This document shows positions 1 through 9,228 of a DNA stretch of 64,000 bases, piece after piece. Position 1 is the stretch's first letter; every line of letters starts with the position of its first letter. The notes beneath the pieces were generated by a model. The model did no database searches and had not been told where the DNA came from. It saw only the letters and a list, made by a program, of their open reading frames with translations. Position numbers and translations under genes: made by a program. Origin of the DNA: Patescibacteria group bacterium (GTDB taxonomy: Bacteria; Patescibacteriota; Microgenomatia; Daviesbacterales; UBA10151); contig JBBTSA010000009.1 in the NCBI GenBank assembly GCA_038064895.1, positions 13,595-77,594 of the forward strand. Reading direction: 5' to 3'.

Positions 1-66
1 ACTTAAGATAAAGGGCTGAAAGATTATTGCTTTGATTGTTTTGGCCACAGTAATTTAAGGCAAGAT

Positions 67-255
67 TTACTTAAATAGAGCTCGAGCTTCTTTTCTAGTA
101 ATTTGCTCACCCTCAAGACGCATTGTATGATAAAGATCTTCAGCAAGCAGATTTTTTACCTCTGGTTTTTTACCCATGTTTAAATAGCGTTTCCTAAAAG
201 CTCTAAACGCTTGGATAAGGCTTTTGTTTTTATTGACTAATTGAATGCTAGTCAT
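67..255 (-). CDS. small protein with Fic-antitoxin-like (S/T)xxxEG motif
   Basis: 62-aa ORF containing HTMRLEG; TATAAT-like -10 lies just upstream of the ATG; alternative start at 177. Confidence 0.45.
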   Translation of the reverse strand: MTSIQLVNKNKSLIQAFRAFRKRYLNMGKKPEVKNLLAEDLYHTMRLEGEQITRKEARALFK

Positions 256-327
256 GCACCTATTATAGCACTTTTTACTATTTCTGCCGTTTGCATAGTT
301 TAACTTTTAAAGTTATTATTTTAACCA

Positions 328-2910
328 ATGCCCAAAATATTACAGTTTTTAAGTAAATTATTCATAGCCTCTTTTGTTATTTTCTTTTCTACTTTTCAGG
401 CATGGGCAGCAGAAGGAGATATTTTATTTTTTGATGATTTCAATGATGGAAATTTAGACGGTTGGACAATTGAATCAGGTGATTGGTTTGTAAACAACGG
501 CAATTTGGCTGGATCCAAGTCAGGCAGAGCTTTTGGGGGAAGGATTAATACAGGTAATTCAGAGTGGGATAATTACTCAATTGAGCTGGATGTAAATAAT
601 CAACAGGGCATTGATGAAGGAATTGGTTTTAGGTACACACCGGGCGGGGATTCTTATGAGTTGAATTTAAGGCACGGAGCTGGCAGCTTTAATACTCCAG
701 AAGCCATATTAAGGAAAAACCAGGATGGAGTGGTGACAGTTGTAGGTGATACCCATTCTTTCCCTCTTATTAATCAAAAATGGTATCACTTAAAGATTGA
801 CGTCCAAAATGAAAACATCAAAATCTGGATAGATAATAATCTAATTTTTGATATTACGGATACTGGAACAAAGGTTAAAAAAGGTATTCTTACTTTAAGC
901 TATTGGACAGGGGATGTAGGCGTTGTATATGTAAGGTTTGATAATATCCAAATCACCGCTTTAGCTCCTCCGCCTTCTCCAAAAACTCCTTTAATTTTAA
1001 TTCCCGGAATTGGCGGGTCAGAGTTAAAGGTTGAGGAGGATACCATCTGGAATAAGGATGACGGACATGGCGGGATTTATAACAAAGCATACACTAAAGA
1101 CGAGGTAGTCTGGATGAATGAGCCAGAAGCAAGAGCTGCCGGAGAAGATGATTACTTTGATATTTTACGGATGAAAACTGATGGAGTAAACCCAGAAGCC
1201 AATCTTAGTTTAACAAATAACCTACTCGCTCGAGCATATCAAAATGCCATAGATTTCTTCATTTTCAATGGATATACACTTAATCAGGATTTCTTTGTCT
1301 TCCCTTATGACTGGAGAAAAGATATTGCTTTGACTGCTTCCAGTCTGGATACCAAAATCAACCAGATTAAATCTCAAACCGGCAGCGCAAAAGTGGATGT
1401 TGTTGCCCATTCCATGGGAGGATTAGTAGCCAGAAATTATATTGCAGATGCAACCCGCGCCCAAAATGTCAGAAAATTATTTACCCTAGGAACCCCACAT
1501 TTAGGGGCGCCTCAGTTTCTTAAAGCCATACGAGATGGTATATGCTTAAAATACCCCGTAGGAGACTATTGTCTATCATTAGCCCCATCTGAACTTAAAG
1601 ACGTATTACAAAATATGATCAGCGGTTTTGAACTTGCTCCAACGCAAACATATTTTACTTTCTTTACAGGTGAAAATAGTAAATATCCATACCCCTATAG
1701 AACAGAATTAGGAGCATTGAATTATTTACAAATAAAGGATTATTTGACATCCAAAGGACATCAAACTTCATTATTTACTCCTAGTGAACAATTCCATAAT
1801 CTCGATACTTCTTTAGTAAATACAAATGGTGTTGACGTGAATATAATTGTGGGTTCAGGTCGACCTACTATCGGACAAATAATTGAAGTAAAAACAATTA
1901 GTTTATTGGGTATAGAAGGCATTAAAAGAGATATAGTAAGTATTAATGGAGATGAAACCGTCCCACTGTATAGTGCCTCTTTAAATGATCCATCAAGAAA
2001 TATTTCTCTTTTAGGAGCTGCCAAGGTTTTCTATACAAATCAGGAACACAGTAATCTAGTTTCTTCTGGACCTGCTTTGGAACTGATTAAAAATAGTTTA
2101 AACAGCAATAGTGAATTACCATCTGGTGTATCAACTACCCCATTCCCAGTAAATAATGGGCTCCTGTTCTCAGCCCATTCCCCAGTCAACATACATGTTT
2201 ATGATTCAAATGGAAATCATACAGGACCTACACCAAATGGAGATTCTGAAACAAATATTCCTAGCAGCTCTTATGATACTTTGGGAGATGCTAAGTTTAT
2301 TTATCTTCCAGATGACGGAATCTACAATATTAAATTTGAAGCAACAGATAATGGTAGTTTTGATTTCAAAATAAGAAAGTTTAAAGATGATCAAAATACT
2401 GAGACTATTCTTTATAAAGAGATTCCTTTAACTGATAACACAAAAGCAGAAACAGTTTTTGATACAAACTCCAGCGAAACTCCAACTATTAAAGTCGATC
2501 AAGATGGTGATGGGGATACAGATCTAAATGTTGAGAAATTCAGCACATTAGAAGGAGAGGCAAATTATGATTATACTCCCCCAACTATCTCTTTTGATGT
2601 TAGTCCCAAAACTATCTGGCCGCCAAATAATAAAATGGTTGATGTAAATATAACCGGTACTATCACGGATGAAAATCCATACTTAACAACAATTGTGGTT
2701 GATGATGAGTATGATTTAGTGGAACCATCAGTAACAATTGAAAACCAAACTAGCATAAATCAAATTATCAAACTGGAAGCTTCGAGAAAAGGTGAGGATA
2801 ATGATGGAAGAAAATACATAATTAAAATATTGGCTACCGATTTGGCAGGAAATACTTCACTAGCTACTACCGAAGTCATAGTCCCCCATGATCAGGGAAA
2901 GAAAAAGTGA
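328..2910 (+). CDS. secreted multidomain alpha/beta-hydrolase (LCAT/PGAP1-like lipase) with N-terminal concanavalin/DUF1080-like domain and C-terminal Ig-like domain
   Basis: signal peptide ending AWA; LIPGIGGS, FPYDWR, AHSMGG nucleophile elbow, LGTPHLGA, GDETVP, catalytic-His-like EHSNL. Confidence 0.8.
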   Translation: MPKILQFLSKLFIASFVIFFSTFQAWAAEGDILFFDDFNDGNLDGWTIESGDWFVNNGNLAGSKSGRAFGGRINTGNSEWDNYSIELDVNNQQGIDEGIGFRYTPGGDSYELNLRHGAGSFNTPEAILRKNQDGVVTVVGDTHSFPLINQKWYHLKIDVQNENIKIWIDNNLIFDITDTGTKVKKGILTLSYWTGDVGVVYVRFDNIQITALAPPPSPKTPLILIPGIGGSELKVEEDTIWNKDDGHGGIYNKAYTKDEVVWMNEPEARAAGEDDYFDILRMKTDGVNPEANLSLTNNLLARAYQNAIDFFIFNGYTLNQDFFVFPYDWRKDIALTASSLDTKINQIKSQTGSAKVDVVAHSMGGLVARNYIADATRAQNVRKLFTLGTPHLGAPQFLKAIRDGICLKYPVGDYCLSLAPSELKDVLQNMISGFELAPTQTYFTFFTGENSKYPYPYRTELGALNYLQIKDYLTSKGHQTSLFTPSEQFHNLDTSLVNTNGVDVNIIVGSGRPTIGQIIEVKTISLLGIEGIKRDIVSINGDETVPLYSASLNDPSRNISLLGAAKVFYTNQEHSNLVSSGPALELIKNSLNSNSELPSGVSTTPFPVNNGLLFSAHSPVNIHVYDSNGNHTGPTPNGDSETNIPSSSYDTLGDAKFIYLPDDGIYNIKFEATDNGSFDFKIRKFKDDQNTETILYKEIPLTDNTKAETVFDTNSSETPTIKVDQDGDGDTDLNVEKFSTLEGEANYDYTPPTISFDVSPKTIWPPNNKMVDVNITGTITDENPYLTTIVVDDEYDLVEPSVTIENQTSINQIIKLEASRKGEDNDGRKYIIKILATDLAGNTSLATTEVIVPHDQGKKK

Positions 2911-3153
2911 TTATCTTTTTGAGGTAATTTTTTGTAATGCTTTCCAGATTCCCAAAATAACAGCAAACCAAAAAGCTATATCTAAAATAAGCATTAAACC
3001 ATTAGTTGAACCACCCAAAAAGTTAAACGATGCGAAGGCAAAAGGCAAACCAGTAGGATTTTTAGTCGGACTGATAATATCATCCACAAAAGCCACCCCA
3101 TAAGTTACTACCACACTTAATATCAAAATAATCACAAACACTTTTTTGGACAT
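2911..3153 (-). CDS. small two-TM membrane protein
   Basis: 80 aa with two hydrophobic segments and a GLPF motif; stop abuts the lipase stop. Confidence 0.65.
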   Translation of the reverse strand: MSKKVFVIILILSVVVTYGVAFVDDIISPTKNPTGLPFAFASFNFLGGSTNGLMLILDIAFWFAVILGIWKALQKITSKR

Positions 3154-3240
3154 TAAGTTTAGATTACCACAAATTCCTTTAAGTCAACAATACTTACTAT
3201 TGCATCTGAAAAATAATCAAGGTAATCTAATCCCATATTT

Positions 3241-4353
3241 ATGCAATTTATACAACGTTTAAATTCCCCCCTGATTAACATGCTTTTTGTAGCTTTAATA
3301 TATGGTATTTATCTTATTCTGCTTTTGGCAAAATTTAACTATAATCCAGCATATTTAATATCACTTGGCGAAAAATTTGCTGATTTAAATCAAATCCCTG
3401 AAAAATTAGTGGTATGGAAAAACTACGGATATGATGGTCAATTTTATTACCGGCTGTCTCTAAATCCATTTACCTCGAAAAGGCAGGAATTTGGCATCAC
3501 TTTAGATATTCCCTCATACCGCCATCAAAGAATTATTTATCCGCTGATATCTTGGATTCTTTCTTCAGGTAATAAGGATTTCGTGCCAAAAGCATTACTA
3601 ATTGTTAATTTTGTAGCCATTTTATTGATTGGGTTAGTGGGTGGATATTTAGCTAAGTCTTTCAAACTGCATTCACTATGGGGATTAGTCTTTGCCATAC
3701 ATCCAGGCTTCCCTTATACTCTTTCAAGAAACTTAACTGAAATTTTACAAACTTGCTTTTTACTAACTGCGTTACTGCTAATAAACAAGCGTCGCTTTTT
3801 ATTCTCTGCTATTTTACTAACCTTAGCAATTCTTACCAGAGAAACAGCTTTAATTGTTGCTATCAGCTCACTTTTGACTTTTAAAAACCGTTATTTCTTA
3901 CTTCCTGTTATCTGTTATGGGATTTGGCAGATAATACTTTTTCTAAATTGGGGACAGGCGCCTATTTTGCTTGCCAACCTTAATTTAAGTAATTCCTTAT
4001 CAGGAGTCAGTTCTTATTTGCGCTATACATTAGGTTTTGCGACATATGGGCAAAAATTGGGCTTTATCCAACTTTGTTTTCTGTTAATATTTACTATTTC
4101 TGTTTTTAATGCATTTGTATCATCAAAAGCTTATACCTTTACAAAAGTTGCCTGGATTTTTTATCTTTTAATGGGCATGTTTTATACTTCTTATATCTGG
4201 GTTGCAGACATAGCTTTCTTTAGAGCACTTACAGAATTTTATATTCTAGGTGCTGCCATATTGCTATCTTCTAAATCGAAACTTATGCCTGCTGTATTTT
4301 TGCTGACAGCAGTCATCTGGTCACTTTCTTTAAAGCAGTTTGGTTATTTTTAA
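3241..4353 (+). CDS. GT-C-like integral membrane protein (AZOBR_p60025-type surface glycopolymer family)
   Basis: GYDGQFYY, DIPSYRHQRIIYP and LTRET motifs; about 10 TM segments. Confidence 0.7.
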   Translation: MQFIQRLNSPLINMLFVALIYGIYLILLLAKFNYNPAYLISLGEKFADLNQIPEKLVVWKNYGYDGQFYYRLSLNPFTSKRQEFGITLDIPSYRHQRIIYPLISWILSSGNKDFVPKALLIVNFVAILLIGLVGGYLAKSFKLHSLWGLVFAIHPGFPYTLSRNLTEILQTCFLLTALLLINKRRFLFSAILLTLAILTRETALIVAISSLLTFKNRYFLLPVICYGIWQIILFLNWGQAPILLANLNLSNSLSGVSSYLRYTLGFATYGQKLGFIQLCFLLIFTISVFNAFVSSKAYTFTKVAWIFYLLMGMFYTSYIWVADIAFFRALTEFYILGAAILLSSKSKLMPAVFLLTAVIWSLSLKQFGYF

Positions 4354-4468
4354 TGAATAGGCAACTCATGGGGTAATCTGATTAGTTGGAAAATTATGAG
4401 ACTTATAAATAAAAATCTACTTAAGTCAAAATATATCTTTTTACATATACCCAAACAGTTTCCATCTT

Positions 4469-5044
4469 ATGAAGCGGCTTCTCTTGTTGAACAAATGTTC
4501 AATGGGCAAAATGGCATCCTACTCCAAACGAAGAATTACATACAATAAGGTAAGGCTATCACTTTTCCTTCGTTCTTATGGTGCATATACTATCTTTGGC
4601 CGATTCAAAACCAAACCCAGTTACAGGGTTGTCAGCCGGCTTAGCAATATTTTGAATTTAGACACACTCCTACTTAACAAGTTTTTCATCTCCGGCACAT
4701 ACCCAAAGGGGCTACCAAACTTAAACAGCTTAACAAAATATCTGGTTCCAAAAGAAAGGATGCTGGTTTATTTAGAGGTAGAGCGCGAGATAATAAATCT
4801 GACCTTAGAAAAACAGGATAAGGAAAAAACATCTCTTGAGGATTATGACAAAGCCATAATGGAACCGGCCATAGAGAGGGTTGCAGGAAACCATTTAAAA
4901 AATATTGAGGACGATAAAGTTTTTGATGCTCAACTGGAAGAGCTACAAAGAAAATATCAAAACTGGTACTACGCTACGGCCTACAAATATAAACTACCAA
5001 CATCCCGCATAATCCCGTTTATTTTAAGACTGATTAAAAATTAA
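4469..5044 (+). CDS. hypothetical protein
   Basis: 191-aa ORF with no recognised motif; true start may be downstream. Confidence 0.6.
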   Translation: MKRLLLLNKCSMGKMASYSKRRITYNKVRLSLFLRSYGAYTIFGRFKTKPSYRVVSRLSNILNLDTLLLNKFFISGTYPKGLPNLNSLTKYLVPKERMLVYLEVEREIINLTLEKQDKEKTSLEDYDKAIMEPAIERVAGNHLKNIEDDKVFDAQLEELQRKYQNWYYATAYKYKLPTSRIIPFILRLIKN

Positions 5045-5083
5045 TAATACGCAGGTACTTTATTGCACAAAACTCAAAAGCTA

Positions 5084-5569
5084 TTAATTATTTACTTTAA
5101 TTCTTTTTGTAATATACTCTGTCTGTTTTCTGTAAGAATACAAAAACATAATCAGGAGTAAGCCAATCAATATATACGGATTCCAGTTTTTTAGCATTTG
5201 AAATTTCAACTCAATTAATTCATAAAGTTTTAGTAACACAAGGAGTATTAGCATTGAACTAAAAGTCCTATACATATTGTTTGACTCAGAAAGAAGATCA
5301 ATTTTTGGATCTTTTTTAGAAGCAGAAATAAATTCCTTGTAATCAGCAAATTTTAAAAACGAAATCTTTTTTAATACGGGTTCTATAATTAGCGAACCAA
5401 ACCTACTAACAACTGATCCTATGAAATAGTATACAAAACCTGCAATTACAAGGTTGCTCTCTATAAATGAGTAACTTGTAAGTTTATCGGCAATAGTAAC
5501 AAAAAGTATCCCAGGTAATAGGTAATTAAAAAGATTGTAGGATGATAATTTGTCTAAAATTTCCTTCAT
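5084..5569 (-). CDS. conserved-looking multi-TM membrane protein, last gene of MBL operon
   Basis: 161 aa, about 4 hydrophobic segments, YNLFNYLLPG...NNMYRT; starts 3 nt after the MBL stop. Confidence 0.75.
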   Translation of the reverse strand: MKEILDKLSSYNLFNYLLPGILFVTIADKLTSYSFIESNLVIAGFVYYFIGSVVSRFGSLIIEPVLKKISFLKFADYKEFISASKKDPKIDLLSESNNMYRTFSSMLILLVLLKLYELIELKFQMLKNWNPYILIGLLLIMFLYSYRKQTEYITKRIKVNN

Positions 5570-5572
5570 TGA

Positions 5573-6442
5573 TTAGTTAATGGAAAAACTTTGGTATGTC
5601 CTAGCTCCATTAGTATAAAAGCTTATCCAAAGATGTCCATCACTTCGGGTAGTCAGTACTTTTCTTGCAGGATTAGCACCGTTAAGTGCTATTCCCATCG
5701 GCACATGTTTGGAATAAATACTTGCCATGCCATCCTGTGTATCATATATAATGTCTTTATCTGAAATTACTATACAGTCTGGATTTAAGCAGTGCAAAAA
5801 GATATCTTCGTGATAACCATTATCATGACCGTGGTGTGCAGCGACAACAACATTAGTACTCCTTAAATGATTTTGTATTTCTGTTTTTTGTAATATTTTT
5901 CCCCATGCAGGGTTTCTTTCAAGATCACCTCCAATACAAATTTTTGATCCTCCGTATTCAATGAACACCAATTGGCTTAAATGATTAGTATTTATTGCTT
6001 CCATACCCAATTCATCTTGTGTAAGAGAATATAAATATTTACTATATGGAGGCGTATGATACGGAGCAGGGGTAGTATAAGTATCTTTTAAATAACAGAC
6101 GTTCTGTAATGCATTAGTAATTTCTGGTTTAATACTCTTGAGTTCGGTAGAGGAAATATTTTGAGGCAAAGATACAGTCTGTATGAAAACATTTTGCCTT
6201 AACTTAGGAAGCCCTGAAAAATGATCATGGTCATAATTTGTCAGTGTTAAATTGCTCAGAGTATTTATACCACCCATACGATGGAAGAACCCTTTTTCTA
6301 CCAAGAAATCAGTTGGATCGTAATCCTCACCCGAACCACAATCAACCAACATTCCATATTCAGGATTACTTCTTGGATAAAAAAAGATGCATTGTGCCTG
6401 TCCTACATTAAATATCAAAATTTCTAGAATATTATTATCCAT
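5573..6442 (-). CDS. ComEC/Rec2-type metallo-beta-lactamase-fold hydrolase
   Basis: FNVGQAQC, LVDCG, TNYDHDH (variant HxHxDH), GGDLE, AAHHG, TRSDG; ATG at 6442 follows the upstream TAA by 1 nt. Confidence 0.8.
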   Translation of the reverse strand: MDNNILEILIFNVGQAQCIFFYPRSNPEYGMLVDCGSGEDYDPTDFLVEKGFFHRMGGINTLSNLTLTNYDHDHFSGLPKLRQNVFIQTVSLPQNISSTELKSIKPEITNALQNVCYLKDTYTTPAPYHTPPYSKYLYSLTQDELGMEAINTNHLSQLVFIEYGGSKICIGGDLERNPAWGKILQKTEIQNHLRSTNVVVAAHHGHDNGYHEDIFLHCLNPDCIVISDKDIIYDTQDGMASIYSKHVPMGIALNGANPARKVLTTRSDGHLWISFYTNGARTYQSFSIN

Positions 6443-6443
6443 T

Positions 6444-6746
6444 TTACTCCCGCGTAGAAGTTGTTTTTCTGTAGGCGTATATAAATTTTGTTGTATTATC
6501 CCCTCCACCTGTATCCCCACTCGTTCTCAAGGTATTTATAAAGTAATCCTCTATTTCTCGGGCAGAGTCTGAATTAACAGCCTCCCTAAAAACCCAGCCA
6601 TAACTGGTTTCTTACACGCTATGATCATTAAATAGCCTTTGTCTTGGATCAGCAGCTATACCAACATACCAATCAGAGTAGCTACCTCCACCTTGTGCCA
6701 TATAAGCTTTTATTTCTGCTATGATTACTTGATTTGTTTGTGGCAT
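6444..6746 (-). pseudogene. small GIY-YIG-like protein gene with one in-frame TAA (not in ORF track)
   Basis: translates as MPQTNQVIIAEIKAYMAQGGGSYSDWYVGIAADPRQRLFNDHSV*ETSYGWVFREAVNSDSAREIEDYFINTLRTSGDTGGGDNTTKFIYAYRKTTSTRE*; stop at 6612-6614 and the frame continues to a TAA coupled to the MBL ATG. Confidence 0.75.
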
Positions 6747-6773
6747 AGTAATTAACCAATAATGAATTACTTC

Positions 6774-6802
6774 TTGACATAGTCATAAAAAAGTAATAAA
6801 TT
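6774..6802 (+). promoter_or_regulatory. sigma70-type promoter of lexA-MTase operon
   Basis: TTGACA-N17-TAAATT. Confidence 0.55.
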
Positions 6803-6815
6803 TATAATAATATCT

Positions 6816-7424
6816 ATGTCTTTGAAAGTCAATACTCAATCGCCTCTTACTCCTAAGCAAAAAAAGGTTTTGGATTTTGTAAATAGATCTACTGTTAAAT
6901 ATGGATATGCCCCCTCCCTAAACGAGATTGCAGAATACCTAGGAAAATCCATCAGTACAGTTCAACATTTTATAGAGGAATTGCAGGAAAAAGGATATCT
7001 TCAGAAAAAAAGAAATGTTGCTCGTGGACTCAGCTCTACTCAAGAAGGTACAAGGCAGATTTTTAAATTGGGGCTTATTGCCGCTGGTGTCCCAATTGAT
7101 CCTATTGAAAACCCAGAGCCAATAGATGTTCCTTTATCCTTTCTGAAAAATCCTGGCAACTATTATGCATTACAGGTTAAAGGAGATAGCATGGTTGAGG
7201 ATAATATTTTGGATGGCGATACTATAATTATTAGGCATCAACAGGTCGCTGAAGATGGTGATAGAGTCGTTGCAATTACTGAAGAGGGTGCAACACTTAA
7301 AGTTTTCAGAAAAAGGGGAGGAAAAATATATCTTGAGCCCCGAAATCAGAATCTAAAGCCAATATATCCAAAGAGATTAGAGGTTAGAGGAAAATTTTGT
7401 GGTTTAATAAGAAGGGACAATTAA
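6816..7424 (+). CDS. lexA: LexA-family repressor
   Basis: N-terminal wHTH LTPKQKKVLDF..GYAPSLNEIA; AAG cleavage site; GDSM Ser and TLK Lys of peptidase S24. Confidence 0.9.
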   Translation: MSLKVNTQSPLTPKQKKVLDFVNRSTVKYGYAPSLNEIAEYLGKSISTVQHFIEELQEKGYLQKKRNVARGLSSTQEGTRQIFKLGLIAAGVPIDPIENPEPIDVPLSFLKNPGNYYALQVKGDSMVEDNILDGDTIIIRHQQVAEDGDRVVAITEEGATLKVFRKRGGKIYLEPRNQNLKPIYPKRLEVRGKFCGLIRRDN

Positions 7425-7426
7425 TT

Positions 7427-8377
7427 ATGAAATTAGATCCAGTTTTTAATACCAAGCTGGGCAAGCTTTATAAGGGTGATTGTATTTATGTCATGCAGAG
7501 ACTACCAGCAGAGAGTATTGATTGTTTCTTTGCAGACCCTCCTTTTAATCTCAATAAAACATATGGTGAGGACAATAAGGATAATTTACCCGAGGAAGAA
7601 TATTTAAACTGGTGCTATAAATGGATAGATGAAGCAGTACGACTATTGAAACCTCAGGGTTCTCTATTTATATATAATTTACCAAAATGGAATACCTATC
7701 TTTCGGCTTACTTATCTAATAAGTCTAAACTTAACTTCAGACATTGGGTGGCAATTAAACAAACATTTTCATTACCTATTCAAGGCAGACTATATCCGTC
7801 ACACTACTCTCTTATTTATTTTATTAAAGGTAACAAGCCAAAAACATTTAATCCTCCGAGAATACCTGTTCAAGTCTGTCGACATTGCGGAGGAGAGATA
7901 CCAGACTATGGGGGCTATAAAAATAAGATTAACCCTAAGGGATTAAATCTTTCTGATATATGGCTTGATATTCCACCAGTAAGACATAATCGATATAAAA
8001 AGAGGAAGGAAAACGCTCTTAGTTTGAAACTTTTAGATAGAGTATTAGATATTTCTACTCAAGAGGAAGATACAGTACTTGATCCCTTTGGGGGAAGTGG
8101 TACTACATATATAGCAGCTGAATTAAAAAAAAGAAACTGGATAGGAATAGAGATAACAACATGTAATGATATTACATCTCGGTTTAAAAACCTCAGTGCT
8201 GATATAGAACATTTTAAAGAAATCAGAAAAGAAATTAATGTTTTGTTCACTGATAAGGCAATGAAACTACGGAGGAAGAATGGTCGTAGCAACGGAAAAT
8301 ATTTTACTCATGAGCATATTCATGAACCCCAGCTTTCATTTGAAGATATGCTTTTTCAAAGTAGTAAATTACAATAA
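7427..8377 (+). CDS. beta-class N4-C/N6-A DNA methyltransferase, M.BamHI-like
   Basis: FADPPF (motif IV) precedes LDPFGGSGTT (motif I); CxxC; DYGGYK..NPKG. Confidence 0.9.
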   Translation: MKLDPVFNTKLGKLYKGDCIYVMQRLPAESIDCFFADPPFNLNKTYGEDNKDNLPEEEYLNWCYKWIDEAVRLLKPQGSLFIYNLPKWNTYLSAYLSNKSKLNFRHWVAIKQTFSLPIQGRLYPSHYSLIYFIKGNKPKTFNPPRIPVQVCRHCGGEIPDYGGYKNKINPKGLNLSDIWLDIPPVRHNRYKKRKENALSLKLLDRVLDISTQEEDTVLDPFGGSGTTYIAAELKKRNWIGIEITTCNDITSRFKNLSADIEHFKEIRKEINVLFTDKAMKLRRKNGRSNGKYFTHEHIHEPQLSFEDMLFQSSKLQ

Positions 8378-8980
8378 GGCTCTTCCATCAGTACCCTTAG
8401 GTATCCTTTTTACTCCTCTTTTAAAGCCATCTTGTTCAACAACAATTATTGATATTACTCCTTCTTCGAAAGGTAACCTCTCCCATAAATTTAGGTAAGG
8501 TGTTAATTCTCGGTAGTTTCCAACCCTATCAGTCAGAAAGGGATATAGCTCATTTGAAGGAACAACTAAAATTCCTCCGGCGAGTTCTTTATTTAGCACA
8601 CCTAAGCAAATTTTATTTAGTGCTCTGTGACTAGATGATATATTTCCAGTCTCCCATTCCAGAGCAAATAAACCGTATTGAGTATCCTTAACTATATCGA
8701 GGGGTCCAGTTCCGGCTACCCCTCTGGATCGAATTCTTCTTTCCTCCTTCCAACCGATTGTTTTTAAATATGTAACACAAGCCTCTTTTATTGGCTTGAC
8801 ACCATTTCCCTGTCCGCGTTTTTTACCTTTACTGTTTGCATTTAAGTAGAACCCATCACTTTTAGGTGGCCATGAGATTTTATTTATGGCTGTTTTAATT
8901 TCGTCATTAATTTCATCAAATATCTTAGAATTCGCCAACTGACCCTTCTTCACAATACTTTGTATATGTACTATTTTCAT
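8369..8980 (-). CDS. BamHI-family type II restriction endonuclease
   Basis: NGVKPIKE, GPLD, EWETGNISSSHRALNK, LTDRVGNYREL and IPKGTDG match R.BamHI family motifs. Confidence 0.88.
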   Translation of the reverse strand: MKIVHIQSIVKKGQLANSKIFDEINDEIKTAINKISWPPKSDGFYLNANSKGKKRGQGNGVKPIKEACVTYLKTIGWKEERRIRSRGVAGTGPLDIVKDTQYGLFALEWETGNISSSHRALNKICLGVLNKELAGGILVVPSNELYPFLTDRVGNYRELTPYLNLWERLPFEEGVISIIVVEQDGFKRGVKRIPKGTDGRALL

Positions 8981-8981
8981 T

Positions 8982-9203
8982 TTAATTAATGAATTCTTTA
9001 AGATCTTTTTTGTAAACTTGAGCGAATTTTTTAAGTTCTACAATATCTATCTGTCTTTGCCCAGATTCTACTTTTGAGATATAGGATTGAGTTTTACCAA
9101 CTTTTTTTGCGGCTTCTAATTGACTTAAACCAGCTTTTTCTCGAGCGTTCTTAAGTTTATTGACTATATCCTCATGAACTTTTGTGTAGATACTTTTACT
9201 CAT
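8982..9203 (-). CDS. XRE-family controller (C) protein of R-M system
   Basis: 73-aa HTH (GLSQLEAAKKVGKTQSYISKVESGQR) 1 nt upstream of the REase gene. Confidence 0.85.
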   Translation of the reverse strand: MSKSIYTKVHEDIVNKLKNAREKAGLSQLEAAKKVGKTQSYISKVESGQRQIDIVELKKFAQVYKKDLKEFIN

Positions 9204-9228
9204 TGTTTCTTATCCTTAGAATATGATA

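Noticed and set aside
6612-6614. stop-codon reassignment explaining the in-frame stop
   Set aside because: The stop is TAA, and TAA, TAG and TGA all terminate conserved genes correctly elsewhere in the window, so code 11 applies.
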